A stretch of DNA of 64,000 nucleotides, from contig CM022668.1 in the NCBI GenBank assembly GCA_012295275.1, positions 7,626,001 to 7,690,000 of the forward strand, given 5' to 3'. The position numbers and the translations under genes are program-made. Below are positions 29,031-44,429 of the stretch, one piece after another. This stretch comes from Chrysomallon squamiferum (lineage: Eukaryota > Animalia > Mollusca). Below the pieces are notes generated by a model. The model made no database searches and was not told where the DNA came from. It worked only from the letters and a program-made list of their open reading frames with translations. Numbering within the stretch: position 1 is the stretch's first letter; every line of letters begins with the position of its first letter.

Positions 29031-29675
29031 AAAACAATGTATAACACTACAAATAAAAAAAAAAAACACATTACAAAACATCAGAAACACATTACAGAAT
29101 AAAAGACATTTGTAAGACAAGGACAATGTAGTTCACTTTAATTATCTCAAGTCAAGAAACACTGAGAAAAAAAGACAAGTAAAAAGAAAAGGTGAATCTT
29201 GATAAATGTCCTTTTAATTATTCCCAGCGTATTTTCAATTACACTGAATCAGAGTCAGTGCTGAACTCTCAAACAGTGACACAGAAGTGAATGTAGTTTC
29301 ATTGGGAGATAGAACTAAGATGGGGCTAGAATAATAATACATACTTAATATACATACATACATACGAATGTACATACGTACATACATACATACATACATA
29401 TGAATGTACGTACATACATACATACATACATACACACATTACATTGATACATAAATACACATATATGTGTACATACGTACATATGCACATCATACATACA
29501 TACATACATACACACAGACACACACACACACATAAAAACATGTATAAATAATAATACACACATGTATACATACAAATGTATGTGTCTGTGTCTGTGTGTG
29601 TATGTGTGTGTGTATATATATATTAATGTGTTTCTTCAGGAGTAATGCATTTTCTCTGTGTCTGATAAATATAAA

Positions 29676-29706
<31 letters not shown>

Positions 29707-30021
29707 TACATCAGATTCAGAAAAAACACATTACTCCAGTCTTTTCAAAATAACTAATGTATGTTTCTCTGATCATCTGCCAGAACATTTAAATGAAAAT
29801 ATTTTCTTTGTGAGACATGAGGGAGAGCCGAGTTGCTTTGATGTGAGGTAATTAGCAACATGTAGCTGCTGTCAGCCAGCACTTGTGTTTTAGCAACAAA
29901 GCGACAACATCATTTATAATGTGCAGCTTTTTATTTATACATAAATATATAAATATATATAAATATTCTAGTTATTGCATTTATAGTTTAATTCTCATAT
30001 GTACAGGTGAATGTAATCTAA

Positions 30022-30056
<35 letters not shown>

Positions 30057-30220
30057 CTGTGTATATATGTGTGTGTGTGTGTGTGTGTGTACACACATGC
30101 ATGAAGATATGTTGATTTTGTCTATCATGCATGTGAATATATATTTTTGTTATTTTATTCAACTTCTTTTTTCTTTAATTTTGGTAGTTTATGTTAGTGA
30201 GTGTATATATGAATGCAGGG

Positions 30221-30347
<127 letters not shown>

Positions 30348-31499
30348 AGCATGTGTCTGTCTGTATGTATTATTGTGTTTGTAGCTACATTGTATATATT
30401 TATCTATCCAAATTGAAAGTATGAAATATTGATAACAAATGTGAAATTAAAAATACACGTTTATAAGCCAAAAACGATTGTTAATTATTTTAGGAGCATA
30501 CATTTAAAATGAAAGTAATTTTTGAAAAACACATTAACAATCAAATATGCACTGAATAACAATACACACAATCTTACATATACACATAAACAAACAAACA
30601 TATATAGACAAACACATGCATACATATTCACAAACACACTCATATACACACATGCACATACACATACAGATTCATAGTAAACAAAAAATATTGAATATGA
30701 ATATAAAAATCCAATGAAAACAACTAACACGCACACAAACATACAAAAAATAAACACACACAAATGCATTCATAAATATATAGACACATACACACAAATA
30801 CATACTCACACACACAAACACACACAAACACAAACAACAGACATTAAATAAACAGGTTAATTCAGATTCAGTGACTAGTTTTATAGAAATCAAAAATGCA
30901 CACTCTCTTACACACACAGATACACATTTATACACACACATACACACAAACACATCAAAATCATGAAAATTAAACACATATGCATCTAGAGAAATACATA
31001 TTTACTAACATCTACAAATTAAAAAGTAAAACCTCACCTGTGTAGAACATACCAGTAAACAATAACTAAATAATAAGATTTTAGAATAAAGTATGTGCAT
31101 TTATCTGTCTGTCTGTATGTGTGTATATAGATACAGTTACAAAGAATCAGATTTTTCTATGAGTATACATTTCCATGCATGAATGAACTTCATATTACAC
31201 ACACTAAGAAAAGTGTAAGTAAATAATCACATCATTATTATCTATATAGAAAATAAAACTCCAATATATCCAAGCCATGAATAAACTCGATATTTGCACA
31301 CACCAAACACCCAAGCATGGGTTATAATTAAATAAATAAACAACTGAAACTTGTGTAGTTCACAAGCCACACCAATATTAATCCCAACAAACTGAAAAAC
31401 CCATGAATAACAGTTTCCACAATAATCCATGAAATAAACTCACAGAATAATAATAATAATAGTAATAATAATAATAATAATAATAAAAAAAATAAAAAA

Positions 31500-31550
<51 letters not shown>

Positions 31551-31839
31551 AAATAACCCTTCACTATTGAAAAACAAACACCTCATACCTAAACAAACGG
31601 CAAAAATCCCACACTTTTGAAAATTAAAAATTTCTCAAAACCTTCAAGCTCTGGTCCATGTAGGATTCTAAAATCATTTACATCTCCGCACCAATACAAT
31701 CAGTGTGCTTCCTGATCCGGAAAACCATTCAAAGCTCTGCCCAGTTGTCATCCATTTGGATGCTAATGTGAGGAGAATTAAGACTGTGTCCAAGCCGATG
31801 TTGAGCGCAAGGCCCAATGCAGAGAGTGGGAGACAAAGA

Positions 31840-32812
<973 letters not shown>

Positions 32813-33074
32813 TGTGTCTGTGTGTATTGCTGTATCTATGAATGGTACATAACTATCATTGTACAGTTAGTTAGCCTGGTGAAATGTCTGTATGTGTGCA
32901 TGTCTGTGTTTGTGTTTTTTATATAAGTGTCTGTAGATGTATGACTGTGTATTGGAGTATGTGTGTGTGTATGTGGATACATTTATGTGCATGTATGTGT
33001 AAGTGTGTGTGGGTGTGTATGTGATGTATCTTGTTAATATTACTACTAATAGTACTATTACTCTTACCAATTCT

Positions 33075-33148
33075 ACCACTACTACCACTACTTCTACTTC
33101 TACTACTACTACTACTACTACTATTACTACTACTACTACTACTATTAC

Positions 33149-33203
<55 letters not shown>

Positions 33204-33509
33204 TTTATTAATACTATTGTTGTTGTTTTGTTTTATTATTGTTGTTGTTGTAATCATCATCATCATCATCATCATCATTATCTTCCTGGTATTAGATTAA
33301 GATTAAGCCTCAGATAATAAATGTTCTGCTTCAGATGCCACCTGATGTCTGTAACACTATTAACAGTCTCAGCTGGAAAGTAGTCTAATGTGCGATACTA
33401 TATTCTAATCAACAACATGTTGATTACACTGAACTTTTTAGAATTGTCTACTGGTTCGTAGGAAATGATGAGGAATATGATGGTGGTTAGTAAATGTGAT
33501 GATTATATA

Positions 33510-33552
<43 letters not shown>

Positions 33553-33583
33553 TAATAATAATAACAATAATATTAATAGTCTC

Positions 33584-33616
<33 letters not shown>

Positions 33617-33658
33617 CAACAATAATGTTAATAACAATAATCTTTTTAGAATGTCTAC

Positions 33659-33690
<32 letters not shown>

Positions 33691-33714
33691 GTTAATAAAT
33701 AATGATTAATAAAC

Positions 33715-33757
<43 letters not shown>

Positions 33758-33762
33758 GTAAC

Positions 33763-33794
<32 letters not shown>

Positions 33795-33995
33795 TGATGA
33801 TGATGATGATGATAATTGTAGTAGTAGTGATAGTAGTAGCAGCACTAGTAGTAGTAATAATAATAGTAATAATAATAACTAACAGTAACAACAACAATAA
33901 TAATTATCATAATAATAATAATAGTCATATTAATAACAGTAATGATAGTGTTTGTAGTAGTAGTAGTAGTAGTAGTAGTAGTAATAGTAGTAGTA
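33075..33995. repeat. Compound trinucleotide microsatellites (ACT, ATT, GTT, CAT, then AAT, GAT, AGT)
   Basis: Direct reading; tracts left and right of the unique 33285-33500 island are in opposite orientation. Confidence 0.95.
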
Positions 33996-34065
33996 TTAGC
34001 AGCTCCAGTACTGGTAGCAATTGTAATCATTGACATAGCAATTGTACTAGTAGCACCAGCAATAA

Positions 34066-34701
34066 TATGGTTCAAAAATCAGTATTTAAACAGCGGTAAA
34101 TACCAGTTTTAGTAACTGATGGGTAATACTGATACTGAAGCACCAATACCGGTTTTCTAAATTTTAACTAGTTATGTTGAGAGACATGTTAGTTGTTAAC
34201 ATAAGATTATGTTAGTTACTCGGGTGTTGCTAGCATTCCTTCAGATGCGAGTTCAATGCTCATCTGTTTAATGTTCTGAGTTTACCTGTTTGACTGCTGA
34301 TAAGGGATTGGCTCCTGCTTCTTGGTTGTCATACAAGACACTAGATGTTTTGTGTTTTTTAAAGTGAGGAATGAATCAGAACTTCTCAAAAGTTGCAAAT
34401 GTGGGTTTTTTATTGTATGTACATTTCTTATATACCTTTTGTACCCATTTTAAGTTCTATAGAGATTCATTTCATGATTTGTTCTGAAGACAGGTAGGAA
34501 AAGGAGTATAATGAATAATGTTGTCAGATGAGTGACAAATAATAAATAAAACTGAATATGTGTAACAGAAAACACTGTCCACAAAATCCCCATAAGTACC
34601 TTTTCCTATGCACAAACTAACTAAAACCGGTGAAAACCGGTATTGAAAATCTCTGTTGGTAATTTACCGGTATTGATATTATCGGTAAGTTGCAAATCCT
34701 A
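34066..34701. mobile_element. Non-autonomous hAT-like DNA transposon (MITE), degenerate
   Basis: 636-bp unique block interrupting an AGT/AAT microsatellite. Flanked by a near-perfect 8-bp duplication AGCAATAA (34058-34065) / AGCAATAG (34702-34709). Right end GTTGCAAATCCTA (rc TAGGATTTGCAAC) versus degenerate left end TATGGTTCAAAA. Subterminal ACCGGT/CGGTA motifs at both ends in otherwise CpG-poor DNA. An 8-bp TSD, TAGG- termini and subterminal repeats are typical of hAT elements. Confidence 0.65.
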
Positions 34702-36747
34702 AGCAATAGTAGTAGTAGTAACTACAGTAATGGTAGTAGCAACAGTGGTGGTAGTAATGGTTGCAGAAACATTTGTATAAAATTAACAAAATAAAAAATA
34801 TGATTTAAAGATTACTTAACTAGTTATCTTAGTAAATCTGAAAGTACTTAAATCTAAGTAGCAGACTAATCCACTAATTTGACAGTAACAGGATTTGTAA
34901 AACCACTTTAGTGGAAAATCTTGTTGATTATTTTATTTGACTAATAAGTGTTTAAGATTCTATATTTTCAAAATACTGGAAAAGTCTGGAATTAAGCTGT
35001 GATTGGGTAAAAGTAATTTGCCTGAAAACTTGATTATTTTGTTTTAACATGGAGCAAATGACAATCGCAGATTCTGTATTTTCTGATCACTGGATCTGTT
35101 CTGATCTGCTCTTTTCAAATAAAACTTATTTACTGGAATTCTTAATGATTCTCTCTTCCAGTAAACAACGCAGCCATCGTGTCCACATATTCCCCAGTGT
35201 TGTAAAATGAGACCAAACGTTAATCACTGACATGTCTTCAGTCTAGAATTAACCCCATCTGGTGGCCATTGGAGCTGTTTTTCAGTTCCAACCAGTGTCT
35301 TGTTGATCAATGTACTCTGTTCTATCCAATGTACCTACCATTATAACCAATCACTTACTGGATCAATTTTAATTGCTGTATCATTTGAATGATTTCCCAT
35401 TCTAACCACTGGATTACTTGACCTTCATTCTGTTTATTTGTATAATTTCCCAGCCTAACCAGTGTCTAACTGGATCTGTTCTTAATATTACATCTACTAC
35501 AGTAATTGCCCTTCCAACCAGAGGTTCCTGGATTATTCCTCTTTTCTGTGTTTCTGGTTCCAGTTATCTTATAAAACTGCATGGTATGTGGTGCTCTTTC
35601 ACTGAGGAAATACTACAAAAACTAAATTGTTATTTCTGATTTTAAAATATTTTAGGTTTCCCTTGATAACTGTATGTACATAAACAAATATCTGACATTT
35701 GTCAACTGATGACACAAAATGAATCTCTATGTTCTAACATTCTCATTAACCCTATTGAACTTTGACCCAGTTTTGGATGCTCAAGAACAAGGATATAAAT
35801 ACATAAATATAAATTAAAGAGGATTCCCTTCTTTGTCTTGGTGACAGGGATCTATGAGGGTTTTGTTTACAATGGATGACAAAGATTTGATTAATGGCAA
35901 TAGAGGGAGCCAAGCCAGTTTTATAATTTACTTCTATGTAAGAAAAATATTTAACATCTATATCAAAACCTAATGGTAATAGGCATATGGTATTTTAATA
36001 TAAGAAAAATATTTACTAGAAATATCTGTATCAAAACCTAGACATTACTAATTTCAAATCAAGTATACAGAATATTTTCATATTTTAAAAGACGACAAAA
36101 ATATTTGCTCTCTTGATAAAGTTTCGATTGATTTTAGATAAGCTTTGATTAAATCAGTGACTGAAATAACAGTGTTTATTTACTTCAGTATAAACTTGTA
36201 CTATTTGTAATGTGTGCAACAACTAACACAACAAAGCTGATATTCTCTGAAAATACAATTCGTTCAGTTTGATGTGGATTGTATCCTGACTTTCTAATTT
36301 CCTAATGGAAATGGAGGTGTCAGCTAGCTACAGGACTGAGGTACAGTTTGTAGATAGATAGATATTTTATACACAGCAAGTAGGGTTTGATTTGTGTTTC
36401 AAGTGTTGCTGCTCTAAATGGCAAAACTAGGAAACAGAAAAAATAAAACTATTTTATATGGTGCTTTTACTTTTTATTTGTTTGTTTATTTGTGTGTATT
36501 TATTAATTAATTTAAATTTATTTATTTTTTTGTATTTCTTTCTTTTTTATTTATTTATATTTGCTTTTTGTTTATTTGTTTACTTATTTGTTCATTTATT
36601 TATTTATTATTTATATTTGTTTTTTAAATTTATAATTTGTTTATTCATTTATTTGTTACACACGCATACACACACTCACACACACAAACACATATATGCA
36701 CACACACTTACACATAGAACAAACACAAATTTTCACATACAAATATA

Positions 36748-36804
<57 letters not shown>

Positions 36805-37419
36805 TTCATCCTTATTTCCCCATAAATTAGAAATCTCACAAACAAACTCAAACCATTCGACAAAAACAAAATAATAACACATTATTTACAGGTCGATCAT
36901 GACATTGGTGCTAATGGTTTTACCTGATAATACCTATCCATATAACAATAATACCTGCTTTGTCTGCGTACCTGTCTCCCTAGACAATACTGAAAGTGAG
37001 TATATATTCTACACCTACCTGTTAAATACAGCATGTATTTGTTGTTAGCTTATACCACAGAGAGATGTTAGATACAGGAAAAGTGCAAACAGTTTATGTA
37101 AATTATGTAGAAGCATGATGGATTAAGTGATTATAGACTGGAGGGGTTAATTCATGGGATAGGGTGGGGTTTAGGGGATGGGGTGAGTGGTAATGGGTGA
37201 GGCTGAGTAGGAATCAATATAATTAAAAACATTTTTTTTGGTTAAATAATAAATTAAATTACAAGGTTGCTGTAATATTTCATATAAAATTATTATATAC
37301 CAATCCAACCAGATATTTTATGCGAATTCAGATTTTGAAGATATTTTAATAAACTGGGGTTCTGAAATATCATTCATTATTATTCATTCATTTTTGTATT
37401 CATCCATCCCCCATTTTTC

Positions 37420-37605
37420 TATCCATCCATCCTTTCATCCATCCATCCATCTATCCATCCATCCATCCATCCATCCATCCATCCATCCATCCATCCATCC
37501 ATCCATCATCCATCATCCATCCATCCATCCATCCATCCATCCATCCATCCATCCATTCATCCATCCATCCATCCATCCATCCATCCATCCATCCATCCAT
37601 CCATT
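37420..37605. repeat. (CCAT)n microsatellite
   Basis: Direct reading; source of the HPSI/WMDG ORFs. Confidence 0.97.
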
Positions 37606-38589
37606 CCTCAAAGTGAGGGTGAGTGATTGGTTCTGTGGTCTGCTGTTGATTTTCTGCTGTTCCACTCTTCAGGGACTGTGGTGATACCTCGCACACTATC
37701 TTAATACCATCAGCGAAGAACCAGTTCCTGGCACATCTTGCCAATCAAAGATCTTCGCGATAATTAGCCACACAGACTGTCCTGGACTTGCACAGAGTAG
37801 ATATATATATATATATATATATCTGGTATATTTCTCCGTGTTTGATATTTTCAATATCTTCCCACACACGAGTGAGTTAAAAAATTAATGTATTAATCAG
37901 AGGAAGCTGTTGTGAACGATGCCAGTGTTGGTCACTTTGTCTGGCCAGTGTCAGAAGTTGTGGATGTCTCAGTATTCCAGTATGATTTATACATATGTTT
38001 ATGTATATATATTTATTTATTTATTTATATATGTATATATTTAACACAGATGATTCTAGCAGATGGTGGAAAAAAAACCTTGAATATTCACAACCAATGA
38101 TAGAATATATCTCTAAACAGATGTGATATATATATCAGATAAGACAGAAAAAGAAAAGAAGAGATACTGTTATGCAAACAAATTTCTGTTTCTGTTTTTC
38201 TTTAATAATATGAGCAGAGTTGTTTTTTGTAAATATCCATTGATTACCATGGTAACAAACAGAAAAGTAGAGAAAGGAAAAAGAAAGAAAATGACACAAA
38301 AACAAACAGAATCAGACACAGTGGAAAATGTATCTCTATATCGCTCTCTGTTTCAATTTCTCTCTGTCTCTGTTTCTCATTCTCGTTTTCTTCTTTTTTT
38401 TCTGTATTTCTCTTTCTGTGTGTTTCTCTTTTATTTTTGAGTATATTTTTTCATAAATAAACCTATTTTTTCTGTACTTTTTTCTTCTTTCTGTGTGTTT
38501 CTCTTTTTCTTTTTGAGTATATTGTCAGTGGTAAAAACAACACATACATCCAATCTAAATTACACAGCTTCTTTTTAAACCTCAATCTC

Positions 38590-38744
<155 letters not shown>

Positions 38745-39621
38745 AAGTTCTGTGTAGGATGATGAAATTCACTGCTGGTGGAGAAAGCATCAAACATTCT
38801 TCCTGTATTAAATCAATAATCTTTGTCTTTGTTAGCTGACCAGCTAACCAGATGAAAATTATTGAAGTGACCTTTGTCCCAGTTTTCTAAATACCAGGTT
38901 AAAGTATGCTACTATAAAAATAACAACTACTACTGTTACCATTGCTGCCGCTACTGCTACTGATAGTATTACTAACATCAACAACTATTACTAATCCTAC
39001 TAGAACTATTACTACTACTACTACTGCTATTACAATTATTACCACTGTGACTACTATTATTCTGTTAGTATTATTTCTATTCTTATTATTGTTATATTAT
39101 TATTATTATTATTATTATTATTGTTGTTGTTATTATTATTATTATTATATTATTATTCCTGAAGATGTTATTATTGTTATTATTAGTTATTATAGTAATA
39201 ATAATAATAATAGTAATAGGATAATAATAATAATAACAATAATAATATTATCATTGTTGATTTTGCTGCTGCTATTTTTAATATGAAATCAATAACATCA
39301 ACAACTACTCTTACCACAACAACAACAACAACAACAACAACAAGCACTACAGCACCATTTTCATGATTACATTTGACGGGTTTTGAAAAGGTTTCTGTTA
39401 TAAGAAAGCTCTTGTTAAAAATGATATTACACACTGTCGACTGTTGGTGTCTAAACAGATATTGATGAATCTGCTGTGAATACAAAGAGGTATTTAGCTC
39501 AGATTGGATTCAGAATTAACCTCTGGTCTGCAGCATTAGGCAGAAAAATGAAAATAACATGAGTGGTTTTTGTCGTTTCTTTAGTTATTTTGAATATTCA
39601 TTGGTTACCGTGGCAACTGAG

Positions 39622-39652
<31 letters not shown>

Positions 39653-40440
39653 TGAAAGAGAGGGAGAAAAACAAGATAAGAGAAAAGAAAAAAAAAAAAA
39701 AAAATGAGAAAAAAAATGTGAAAAGAAAGAAAAGAATTTCAGATATTTTGATGTTTTATTTAATTTTAATTTTAATTTTAATTTTAATTTTAATTTTAAT
39801 TTTAATTTTAATTTATTTATTTATTTATTATTTTTTAAAATATTTGTTTAATGTTTGTATATCTGATGCATTATTTATTTTACATTATTCATCAGATAAT
39901 CAGTATATAATGTTCATTTATTAATATTTTTATTTTACTATTATTTCTTACAATGTGGGTCATTAACTTCAGTAAATTAATTTAACTGTAAAATTTATAG
40001 TTTGGAAATTATCATAAAACTTTAAATTCTCCACAGTCAAATTTGGTTTTAAACATTATAGATTTTGTTAATTTTAATAATTTTACTGTGATTAATTTCT
40101 TACTGCTGCATTTTTAAACACATTTAAGAAAAACAAAATTAAAATTTCAAACTGGATTTTTTTAATATTAATATCCTTCAACTGATACAGAATTAATATT
40201 AATATGCTTAAATCAGATTTAATAGTTGATGCATAATATTATTATCAGATGAGATCAGATGAACTTGAAATAACCAATCATAATCAGCAATACTTGAATC
40301 AGGGTAATGATACAGCCAATCAGAACTGTCAATACATAACATCCTTGATACAGATATAATACTTTCTTGACAACCATTTGACAGTAAAATTGTTATCACA
40401 ACAGACAGGAATTTATGATTTCATGCTGACAGAAGCCAAT

Positions 40441-40545
40441 AGGAGTTATTGTTCTTCAAAAATGGAATATTAGAATGTCTGGAGTTATTGTTCTTGAGAA
40501 ATGGAATATTAGAATGCTTGGAGTTATTGTTCTTGACAATGGAGG
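40441..40545. repeat. 39-bp tandem triplication (GGAGTTATTGTTCTT...AATGGAATATTAGAATG)
   Basis: GGAGTTATTGTTCTT at 40442, 40481 and 40520. Confidence 0.85.
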
Positions 40546-41849
40546 ATCAGAGTGGTTATTACAAATGATATTACAGAATGAGTCAGACACTAAGAAGTCA
40601 GTGACAGGAAGGACAGACAGGAAACAGAAGATTATATTATTAGGCTCACAGGAGTGAGTGGATTTTCAGATAAATAAGTTTACTTGTAAACACAAACAAT
40701 CTTGTGCTTGATGTGCAATACACACATTAGAACAGACACACAGATACATATAGACATATATTTACTTAAACTATTCAAATTGCATACTTATTCATAAACA
40801 AATATCATTCATTAATACATAATCTTATACTTTATGTATATATATACACCCACACGCTCACACACACACACATACACACACACACACACACTCATACATA
40901 TACATTCCACACATAGATACACACACAACATATAGTTGGAACACCTGTGACTGAAACTATCATTCATTATCATTAATTCATTCACTTTTTTTTTGCTCAT
41001 CCATTCATTTGTTCATCATCTCTCCATCCCCAAATATACAAACACTAACACACAAGCACATCTTAAAACCCCAGAAATTATACCCTCATTCTCGCTGGTA
41101 TACAAAATAAACACCCATAAATACAGTTTAAAACAGAAAAACAAAACAAATATATTTATAAACTCTATACTTTATCCCCATCTCAAACCCCTGCCCTCCC
41201 CCCAAAAAATAACAAAAAAATCTTCTGCTTGTTTAGTGTAAATAACTAAATAAATCAAACTAATTAATCAATAATTATGAAAAAAAAAAAAAAAAAAAAA
41301 AAAAAAATTAAATTAAAATAAATGAAAAAAAAAAAAAAAAAAAAAAACATAAATAAATAAATAAATAAATGTGCAGACTGATGATCAAATCATAGAACAA
41401 ATGGCCAGTACAGAATTTCTTACAGGAACAAGAGAGATGATGTTACCATAACAACTTGATGTGCTATCCTGGGTGTTTCCTAAACTCACTTCACTTCTGA
41501 ATGACTAGCACAAGACCAGCTTGCTTTGAAGTTATAAGATTTCAGAAATAAGCTGTAGGAAGTGACACTATTAACTCTTATCACTGTCTAATTTCCTGTT
41601 CTAACCACAATAATAACAGTAGTTATAATAATAACAATAATAACTAATGACTATGAAGATGATGATAACGGAATTTAGAAACCAGCTATTGCTGAATTTT
41701 TAAAATAAGTCATTACTATCATTATCCAAATAATGAATGAATGAATGAATAAATAAATAAATAAATAAAATTTTATAAATAAATCTGGAAACATGAATGT
41801 CTGATTAGATGAAAATAAAATTTTATGAGTGACTCACTTTAACAAAGGA

Positions 41850-41929
<80 letters not shown>

Positions 41930-41930
41930 C

Positions 41931-41966
<36 letters not shown>

Positions 41967-42065
41967 TAAACAATAATAACAACAATAACAATAACAGTAA
42001 CAATAACAATAACAGCAACTAAAACAACAACAACAACAACAACAACAACAGCAATAATAATAATA
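41850..42065. repeat. (AAT)n/(AAC)n microsatellite
   Basis: Direct reading. Confidence 0.95.
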
Positions 42066-42772
42066 AAACGAATAATAACTGTTTTTGACACAATTCAAAA
42101 ACCAGATATTTGTGAAATATTCAACAGACACTATCTGGTACATAAAACCATTTCTCATCAGCCCTGTTCTCTCACATCTGTCGTGCTTCACCGATCAACC
42201 GATGAAATTTCTGTAAACGGTTCTCGATGAGCGACTGTCCTCAACATTATTCTGCAAACACGTACGTCTCAGTGATTTTGTTAAAAAGATTCGTGAGAGA
42301 ATCTGTTGTAATGTGCAGCTCTCTCTGTTATCTTTCGCTTACCAGACTCTGCTGCAGTGATCAATGATGGGTGTTAAACTGCTGCAGTAATCTAACTGAT
42401 TAAACTGCTTGACAAACATGGCAGAACGACCAAATAAATCTGTTTGGTGAACTCTGACCCTTCGGTTTATTTTCCTTCTCATTCTGACTTTGTGTGGTTT
42501 TTATTTCTCTGTTTGTTTTGTTTGTTTGTTTGTTTGTTTGTTTATTCACTTGTTTATTTGTTGTTTTTCTTTGTTTATTTATTCTTTCTTTCTTCTTATT
42601 CTTCATAACATTAAGATAATAATATAACAACAACAACATTAATAATAATAGCATCACCAGTATTGTTGTTGTTATTGTTATTATTATTGTTGTTAATATT
42701 GTTGTTATGGTTGTGTTGTATTGTTTCAATAATATCAAAAATGTTTAAGAAATGTTTCTCAGTGTTTTCTAT

Positions 42773-42809
<37 letters not shown>

Positions 42810-43400
42810 AAGTATCTTTAACTTAGCATATATATTTTATAGAATAGTATTTATAAAATAATATTAAAGGGAAATCAATCATTTTCTAGAAATTAGAAGG
42901 GCAGTAACTCTAAATATATCAGCACATCCACACAGACACACAGACACACAGAGACTTAGACACAGAGAGCCAGACATGAAAACACACACATAAACACACA
43001 CACAAAACCAGTCTTACAGTACAAAGGTAGCTACAAACATTTAACACAGTATAACAAAATTCATCTATTCTCTAAATTACATTTCTTAGAATGAAGTAAA
43101 TCAGTTGTGAAAGTGTAACTCAGATCAAAGTCTGACTGACACTTGAATCATCAAACCAATCTTACTAAATATATTTCATCCTTTTACTGCTTCCAGATTT
43201 CAAATCCAGCCAGGGAAGATACATTTTGAAAGAGAGCCAGTTACATAAACCCTACGAGAATGTCTAGAGAACAAACAGATCTTTGAACGTTGATAATGTC
43301 AGTGGTAAATTACTATGACTGGCTTACATCGATAGGTCACAGGTCTGTCATTACTCCAACTCTAAATTACACAGCTTCTTTTTAAACCCTCTCAATCGAT

Positions 43401-43730
<330 letters not shown>

Positions 43731-44429
43731 CTTCATCATCATTCCTCTTTTCTGTCAATCATTCAGAGTAAATGGATGAACTTGATTCCCAGACCAATTC
43801 ATCATTTTCATGAATCAGCCATTCCACCATGAAAATATCTTTACAAAGAGTTGTTTAAATATTCATTTTCCCAGCTTGCAATTATCCACTTAGTGTGCTG
43901 CTCAATTTGACAGTCAGATCCTGAAAGATCTGAAATTAGCCTAACTTCTTGTTCTCCGAGTGCTATTTACACCAAACTGACAAATTAATTTTTTTTTTTT
44001 TTTTTTTTTTTTCAGGACAGATTCAGGCTGGTAAACAATGGGGCTCATTCTGCAGTAAAAGATTTAGCTGCAATTGAAAGTTCTCCTACATTCCTGAAAA
44101 CTTATAAGAAGAAGAAGAAGAAGAAGAAGAAAGGAAGAGAAGAAATCCAATTGGTTAAATGAATCAATTTGTCGCAACAATGGCTGCACACTGTTGACAA
44201 CAATTTCTGTAATTCTGTGAGTTTCGTTCAATTCACAGCGAGTGTAGTTTGTCACGAGTAACTTAGCAACTGTCAAATGAACAACAAGGCTTTACAGCTG
44301 TAACTGACTTAACAATGATCAAGTTAATATTTACCAGTGTGTACACATCCCACCCATTCAGCATTATTTTCATGTTCCCAGCTTGTCAAAGTAATAAGCT
44401 TTATTTACAGTCAACTCAAAATTATTTAC

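Noticed and set aside
37686-37800. Minus-strand coding exon ending GAG|GTATCA ([16 protein letters not shown])
   Set aside because: The ORF starts at TTG directly after a stop, the other frames are closed, there is no acceptor and the donor is weak.
42120-42191. Third first-exon candidate (…LMRNGFMYQIV resembles the DGYxYxI motif)
   Set aside because: No CAAAATG start context, a stop codon lies just upstream, and there is no strong phase-1 donor after the motif.
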